From NCBI GenBank assembly GCA_034670065.1, contig JAXMOG010000003.1:226392-290391 (forward strand): a stretch of 64,000 nucleotides of DNA. Reading direction: 5' to 3'. Position numbers and translations under genes: made by a program. The notes under the pieces were generated by a model. The model had not been told where the DNA came from, ran no database searches, and saw only the letters and a list, made by a program, of their open reading frames with translations. Position 1 is the stretch's first letter. The number at the start of each line of letters is the position of its first letter. Positions 59,116-64,000 of this stretch are shown piece after piece. The DNA comes from Pseudoprimorskyibacter sp. Lineage in GTDB: Bacteria; Pseudomonadota; Alphaproteobacteria; Rhodobacterales; Rhodobacteraceae.

Positions 59116-61467
59116 TTAAAACGGCACATCATCCGCGCCATGAATGAACCGGGCCACAACCTTCTTGGTTCCAGCCTTTTCAAACGCCACTTCCAGCTTG
59201 TCGCCCTCGATACCAGAGATCACGCCATAGCCGAATTTCTGATGGAACACGCGCTCGCCCACCTCAAATGCTGAGGTGGCAGTGATGTCGATCACTACGT
59301 TCCGGCTTTCGCGTGGCTGGCTGATCGGGCGTTCGTTCGCGCGGGCCTGCATCCGCTTCCAACCCGGCGAATTATATACATTCGCCTCTGTCACACGCTG
59401 TTCAATCCGCGAAGAGCCTCCGCCCCCCGAAGCCGCCCCATAGCCACCGCCATACAGGCCCGGCGGCGTCAGCACATCCACATGTTCCTCAGGCAATTCA
59501 TCAATAAACCGCGATGGCAAAGACGATTGCCATTGCCCAAACACCCGCCGGTTCGCCGCAAAAGAAATGGTGCACAGCTCTTCTGCCCGTGTGATACCGA
59601 CATAGGCCAGGCGTCGTTCTTCTTCCAAACCTTTCAGCCCGCTTTCATCCATCGAGCGTTGAGATGGGAACAGCCCATCCTCCCACCCCGGTACAAAAAC
59701 CGCCGGAAACTCCAACCCCTTGGCGGCGTGCAAAGTCATGATGCTGACCTTGGCCCCGCCATCATCGGTCTCGTTGTCCATGATCAGGCTGACATGCTCC
59801 AAAAACCCTTGCAGGTTTTCAAAATTCTCCAGCGCCTTCACCAATTCTTTCAGGTTTTCCAACCGTCCCGGCGCTTCGGGGGTTTTGTCGTTCTGCCACA
59901 TCGTGGTGTAGCCGGATTCATCCAGAATGATCTCTGCCAGCTCCATGTGGCTGGTCGCATCATCGCCGGTCATACGACCCCAGCGCGCCAGATCGACCAC
60001 CAGTTGCCCCAATGCCGCAGCACCCTTGCCTTTGATCAAACCCTGCTCAATCGCCAGGGCAGCCCCGTCCAGCAGCGACACACCATTTGCGCGTGCCGTG
60101 GTTTGAATGGTTTGCTGAGCCTTGTTGCCCAGCCCGCGCTTGGGCGTGTTCACAATCCGCTCGAACGCCAGATCATCATCAGGGCTGACCACCATACGGA
60201 AATACGCCATGGCATCGCGTATCTCTAACCGCTCATAAAACCGTGGTCCGCCGATCACCCGATAAGGCAACCCAATGGTCAGAAAACGGTCTTCAAAGGC
60301 ACGCATCTGATGGCTGGCCCGCACCAGAATCGCGATGTCGTCCAAACCAAAAGACCGCATCCCCCGCGTGCCCGATTGCATCGCCTCGATCTCGTCTCCG
60401 ATCCAGCGGGCTTCCTCTTCGCCATCCCAATGGCCAATCAGACGAACTTTTTCACCATCCTGCGCCTCGGTCCAAAGCTCTTTGCCCAATCGCCCGGTAT
60501 TGCCCCGGATCACGCCCGAAGCCGCTGCCAAAATATGCGGGGTGGAACGGTAATTCTGTTCCAGACGAACAACATAGGCGCCGGGAAAGTCCTTTTCGAA
60601 CCGCAGAATATTCCCAACTTCGGCGCCGCGCCAACCATAGATCGACTGATCATCGTCTCCTACGCAACAGATGTTCTTGTGCCCCCCGGCCAACAGACGC
60701 AACCACAGATACTGGGCCACGTTGGTATCTTGGTATTCGTCCACCAGCACATAGCGGAACCAGCGCTGATATTGCTCCAACACATCCGCATGCGTTTGAA
60801 AGATCGTGACCATGTGCAGCAGCAGATCGCCGAAATCCACTGCGTTCAACTCTTTCAGCCGGGCCTGGTATTGTGCGTAAAGTGCCACGCCTTGCTGATT
60901 AAACGCAGCCGAATCCGCCGTCGGCACCCGATCCGGGGTCAGCGCGCGGTTTTTCCAACTGTCGATCACTCCAGATAATTGCCGGGCGGGCCAACGTTTG
61001 TCATCAATGCCTGCCGCCACGATCAGTTGCTTCATTAGGCGCAGCTGGTCGTCCGTATCCAGAATGGTAAAATTCGATTTTAACCCAACAAGCTCTGCAT
61101 GACGGCGCAACAGCTTCACACAGATAGAGTGGAACGTGCCCAGCCAAGGCATCCCTTCAACCGTCTCGCCCAACATACGGCCGACACGCAATTTCATCTC
61201 GCGCGCGGCTTTGTTGGTGAAGGTCACGGCCAGAATTTCATTCGGGCGTGCGCGGCCAGTGTTCATCAAATGAACAATGCGCGCGGTCAGCGCCTTGGTC
61301 TTGCCTGTCCCTGCCCCGGCCAGCATCAAAACCGGCCCATCCATCCGCTCTACCGCGTCGCGTTGCGCCGGGTTCAATTCGTTCAAATACGGGGCGGGCC
61401 GGGCTGACATGGCCCGTGCCGACAAAGATGCGCCTTCAAAGGCGTCCAATTCATCAAAGCTGCTCAT
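59116..61467 (-). CDS. uvrD: ATP-dependent DNA helicase II (UvrD/PcrA family)
   Basis: 783 aa; LAGAGTGKTKALT (Walker A), VLVDEYQDTN, TLHAAKGLEFPAVF, VGITRA. Confidence 0.9.
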   Translation of the reverse strand: MSSFDELDAFEGASLSARAMSARPAPYLNELNPAQRDAVERMDGPVLMLAGAGTGKTKALTARIVHLMNTGRARPNEILAVTFTNKAAREMKLRVGRMLGETVEGMPWLGTFHSICVKLLRRHAELVGLKSNFTILDTDDQLRLMKQLIVAAGIDDKRWPARQLSGVIDSWKNRALTPDRVPTADSAAFNQQGVALYAQYQARLKELNAVDFGDLLLHMVTIFQTHADVLEQYQRWFRYVLVDEYQDTNVAQYLWLRLLAGGHKNICCVGDDDQSIYGWRGAEVGNILRFEKDFPGAYVVRLEQNYRSTPHILAAASGVIRGNTGRLGKELWTEAQDGEKVRLIGHWDGEEEARWIGDEIEAMQSGTRGMRSFGLDDIAILVRASHQMRAFEDRFLTIGLPYRVIGGPRFYERLEIRDAMAYFRMVVSPDDDLAFERIVNTPKRGLGNKAQQTIQTTARANGVSLLDGAALAIEQGLIKGKGAAALGQLVVDLARWGRMTGDDATSHMELAEIILDESGYTTMWQNDKTPEAPGRLENLKELVKALENFENLQGFLEHVSLIMDNETDDGGAKVSIMTLHAAKGLEFPAVFVPGWEDGLFPSQRSMDESGLKGLEEERRLAYVGITRAEELCTISFAANRRVFGQWQSSLPSRFIDELPEEHVDVLTPPGLYGGGYGAASGGGGSSRIEQRVTEANVYNSPGWKRMQARANERPISQPRESRNVVIDITATSAFEVGERVFHQKFGYGVISGIEGDKLEVAFEKAGTKKVVARFIHGADDVPF

Positions 61468-61507
61468 GGGGCGAACTTAACGCTTTTCTAATCGAAGTTA
61501 AAGAATT

Positions 61508-61522
61508 GTTCGCATTATGTTC
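61508..61522. promoter_or_regulatory. Alphaproteobacterial LexA (SOS) box GTTC-N7-GTTC upstream of uvrD
   Basis: GTTCGCATTATGTTC is read directly, 41 nt upstream of the uvrD start codon (61467). It matches the direct-repeat operator GTTC-N7-GTTC described for Rhodobacter/Rhizobium LexA. Confidence 0.55.
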
Positions 61523-61611
61523 CTGCCAGGCAGGCGCCATATCCGCACATTTTCGCGCAGCCCGCGGCGCAAACTTTCATCACACCGCAGGCAAAAGGCT
61601 GATTTATGGTG

Positions 61612-62199
61612 TCACATACATTCCTGAAGCCGCGCCACATAGCGCGCCAAGGTGTCAATTTCCAGATTGACACTATCCCCTTCGGCCACCCGACCCCAAG
61701 TTGTGACCTCTTTGGTATGCGGGATCAAATTGACACCGAACGTGTCGCCCTCAACCTCGTTCACTGTCAAAGATGTGCCGTTAAGGGTCACAGAACCCTT
61801 GGGCGCAATAAACCGGGCCAAATCTTTGGGCGCGCGAAAGGTCACGCGCGTGCTGTCTCCATCGTCCCGCAATCCGATCACCGTGGCCACGCCATCAACA
61901 TGGCCAGACACGATATGTCCGCCCAACTCATCCCCGACGCATAGCGCCCGTTCCAGATTGATACGGCGACCAAGCGCCCATGTGCGCAAGTTGCTTTTGT
62001 CCAGTGTTTCAGCACTGATATCCACGTCAAACCAATCATCGCCAAGAGCAACAACCGTCAAGCAAACACCATCGCAGGCGATGGAAGCGCCGATATCAAT
62101 ACTGTCAGTGTCATAAGTGGTTGCGATCCGGGCACGCAGGTCACCATTGTGCTGCGTGTCTTTAACCTCTCCCAAATCGGTCACAATTCCGGTAAACAT
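61612..62199 (-). CDS. ribE: Riboflavin synthase (alpha chain)
   Basis: MFTGIVTDLGEV...ASIACDGVCLTVV...GGHIVSGHVDGVATV...SLTVNEV. The track start 62301 is an extension. Confidence 0.9.
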   Translation of the reverse strand: MFTGIVTDLGEVKDTQHNGDLRARIATTYDTDSIDIGASIACDGVCLTVVALGDDWFDVDISAETLDKSNLRTWALGRRINLERALCVGDELGGHIVSGHVDGVATVIGLRDDGDSTRVTFRAPKDLARFIAPKGSVTLNGTSLTVNEVEGDTFGVNLIPHTKEVTTWGRVAEGDSVNLEIDTLARYVARLQECM

Positions 62200-62290
62200 T
62201 TTGTACAACCTTTCAGAGCCGGGACGGCAGCACAGGCATCGAACCCGGCCGTTAATCGTATTTAGTGCATACATGAGGTAAATCGGGCGC

Positions 62291-63583
62291 ATGCTCAACA
62301 CAACACACGATCAGCGTGTCTTCTTGTTCCTGCAAGGTCCGCACGGGCCATTTTTTGCTCGGCTGGGTGAAATGTTGCAACAAGCAGGTGCACATGTTTG
62401 GCGTGTTGGGTTCAACGCCGGCGATGCCGCGTTCTGGCATGACAGCGCCCGATACATTCCCTATTCCGCCCCAGCCGCAGACTGGGCCCAAACATTTGCG
62501 CAATTGATTACCGACAAAGCGGTGACTGATCTGGTTCTATACGGAGACACACGGCCTATTCATGCGCAGGCAATTGCTCATGCCCGCCTTGTTGGTTTGC
62601 GCATCCACGTGTTCGAGGAAGGTTATCTGCGCCCCTATTGGGTGACTTACGAACGCGGCGGCTCAAACGGGTATTCCCGCCTGATGACAATGGATGTCGC
62701 AAATATGGCCGACGCCATGCGCCACAGTGATATGGAGGCCCCGTTGCCACCGGCTCATTGGGGGGACATGCGCCAGCATATGTTTTACGGCGCGCTGTAC
62801 CATTGGTTCGTCATGGCCCGGAACCGAATGTATCGGCAATTCTCGCCGCATCGCGACCTGACAGTGACACAAGAATTCAAGCTGTACCTGCGACGTTTAC
62901 TGCTGCTGCCCGCAACGATTGTCGAACGCATGGTCGCCACACGGCGCATCCGGCGCGGTGGCTTTCCCTATCATCTGGCGCTGATGCAGCTGGAACATGA
63001 TGCCAGCTTCCAGGCGCATTCCCCGCTCAGCTCGATGTCTGAGTTTATCGACGCTGTTGTTGACGGCTTTGCCGATGGCGCACCGGGCCACCATCACCTG
63101 GTTTTCAAAGCGCACCCGCTGGAAGACGGGCGCGTAAAAGTCCGCAAATTGATCCGCCAAGCCGCAGAACGACGCGGCATTTCGAATAGGGTTCACTATG
63201 TTCGCGGCGGGAAACTGGCCTTTTTGCTGAACGAAGCGCGCACCGCTGTCACCGTGAACTCCACATCTGGTCAACAAGTCTTGTGGCGCGGCATCCCGCT
63301 GAAACTGTTCGGCACAGCAATCTATGCCAAACCTGAATTTGTGTCAGACCAGCCATTGGCGGAGTTTTTCGCCAAACCGGAACGGCCCGACAACAGCGCC
63401 TATAGGGTATTTCGGCGATATTTGTTGGAAACCAGCCAGTTACCGGGCGGCTTTTATTCAGCGCGTGGGCGGCGGCAGTTGCTGCGCCATGTGGTCGATA
63501 TGATGCTGGCTGAAGAAGACCCATATGACGCTTTGCTAAGCGGAACCGCGGCTCCACGGCAACAGTTGCGCGTTGTGAACTGA
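62291..63583 (+). CDS. kpsS: Capsule polysaccharide biosynthesis protein KpsS (beta-Kdo transferase family)
   Basis: RVFLFLQGPHGPFFARLG...GDTRPIHAQAI...IHVFEEGYLRPYWVTYE parallels E. coli KpsS (LLLQGPMGPFF, FEEGYLRP). Confidence 0.85.
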   Translation: MLNTTHDQRVFLFLQGPHGPFFARLGEMLQQAGAHVWRVGFNAGDAAFWHDSARYIPYSAPAADWAQTFAQLITDKAVTDLVLYGDTRPIHAQAIAHARLVGLRIHVFEEGYLRPYWVTYERGGSNGYSRLMTMDVANMADAMRHSDMEAPLPPAHWGDMRQHMFYGALYHWFVMARNRMYRQFSPHRDLTVTQEFKLYLRRLLLLPATIVERMVATRRIRRGGFPYHLALMQLEHDASFQAHSPLSSMSEFIDAVVDGFADGAPGHHHLVFKAHPLEDGRVKVRKLIRQAAERRGISNRVHYVRGGKLAFLLNEARTAVTVNSTSGQQVLWRGIPLKLFGTAIYAKPEFVSDQPLAEFFAKPERPDNSAYRVFRRYLLETSQLPGGFYSARGRRQLLRHVVDMMLAEEDPYDALLSGTAAPRQQLRVVN

Positions 63584-63678
63584 TCCTCGAATCACGTGAC
63601 TCTGGCTTTTTCGTTTGAAATTCGGTAATTTGACGAAAAATCTGAGGCAAAAAAATAATAGGTCGAGGAGACCGAGCA

Positions 63679-64000
63679 GTGAAAAATGTATCTTCCCGTA
63701 TGGTGAAGACCGTCGCCATTGTGGCGGCCGTTTCCCTAGTTGCGTCCTGTGGCCTCCCACGTCCTGGCCCGAACAAACGTGAAATCTTTGCAGGTTCGGT
63801 CCTGGAACAAGGCGATGCGTTCATCGTTTCAGTGAATGATCGCGTGACACGCGCCACATCTGTGACGCCCGCGTTGGGGTTTTCCACCGAATTCAAGAAT
63901 GGCGCACTTTTGGGGTCTGACACCATCCGCCCCGGTGACACCCTTGGCCTGACGATCTGGGAAAACGTGGATGATGGTCTGCTGACGCCGACCAATGCCA
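63679..64000 (+). CDS. Polysaccharide export outer-membrane lipoprotein (Wza/KpsD-type Poly_export domain), N-terminal part; runs off the window end
   Basis: GAGGAG lies 8 nt upstream of GTG 63679. The lipobox is ...VAIVAAVSLVASC. IRPGDTLGLTIWENVDDGLL fits the Poly_export motif. The frame is open with no stop to the window end, so it is not in the ORF track. Confidence 0.7.
   Translation, partial: MKNVSSRMVKTVAIVAAVSLVASCGLPRPGPNKREIFAGSVLEQGDAFIVSVNDRVTRATSVTPALGFSTEFKNGALLGSDTIRPGDTLGLTIWENVDDGLLTPTNA

Noticed and set aside
62200-62290. Looked for an FMN riboswitch upstream of ribE
   Set aside because: Only about 90 nt are available and they are shared with the divergent kpsS promoter. 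None of the conserved FMN-element segments could be recognised.
63249-63995. 248-aa minus-strand ORF at the window end
   Set aside because: It is antisense to kpsS and to the open-ended Poly_export lipoprotein gene, both of which have clear family motifs.

Overview
GC-rich chromosomal segment that looks like a marine Rhodobacterales (Roseobacter-group) alphaproteobacterium. The lineage call rests on markers read from the sequence: a DUF1127 gene followed by CCUCCUCCC-loop sRNAs, VPLPA-CTERM proteins, a GTTC-N7-GTTC SOS box, DUF1194, a SAM-II-like leader and long-form UrtB. About 58 protein genes are supported. Most are core functions: urea ABC transporter urtABCDE, lepA, thyX, a seven-gene glycogen cluster glgP-glgB-glgC-glgA-glgX-malQ-pgm, ftsY, mrp, valS, trkH, folE2, metZ, uvrD, ribE, and the start of a kpsS capsule locus. 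No rRNA, tRNA, CRISPR array, transposase or integrase was seen. The items most worth follow-up are listed here. (1) A tightly coupled five-gene operon (2446-7538) encodes a NirB-type FAD/[2Fe-2S] reductase fused to a membrane domain with two H-x13-H helices, an 11-heme cytochrome c, a Tll0287/DUF3365-like c-heme protein, a class-I cytochrome c and a cytoplasmic globin. I cannot assign it to a characterised pathway. It reads as an NAD(P)H-to-periplasm electron conduit, possibly linked to N-oxides. (2) A DUF1127 (CcaF1-like) gene is followed by six hairpins whose loops all carry the anti-Shine-Dalgarno motif CUCCUCCC, i.e. a CcsR/cuckoo-type sRNA cluster (49856-50368). (3) A TbpB/fHbp-like surface lipoprotein sits next to a TPR plus DUF560 barrel, i.e. 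a Slam-type translocon pair (24069-26413). (4) Two tandem, translationally coupled VPLPA-CTERM paralogs lie beside a small RTX protein between lepA and thyX. (5) A 1234-aa RTX/DUF4214 giant protein has internal module duplications. (6) Candidate cis elements include a SAM-II-like leader plus terminator before metZ, a LexA box before uvrD, an FNR/NnrR-like box before the redox operon, a GntR-type palindrome, and a dispersed about 30-nt repeat. Many long ORFs in the track are antisense shadow ORFs of this GC-rich DNA and were rejected.
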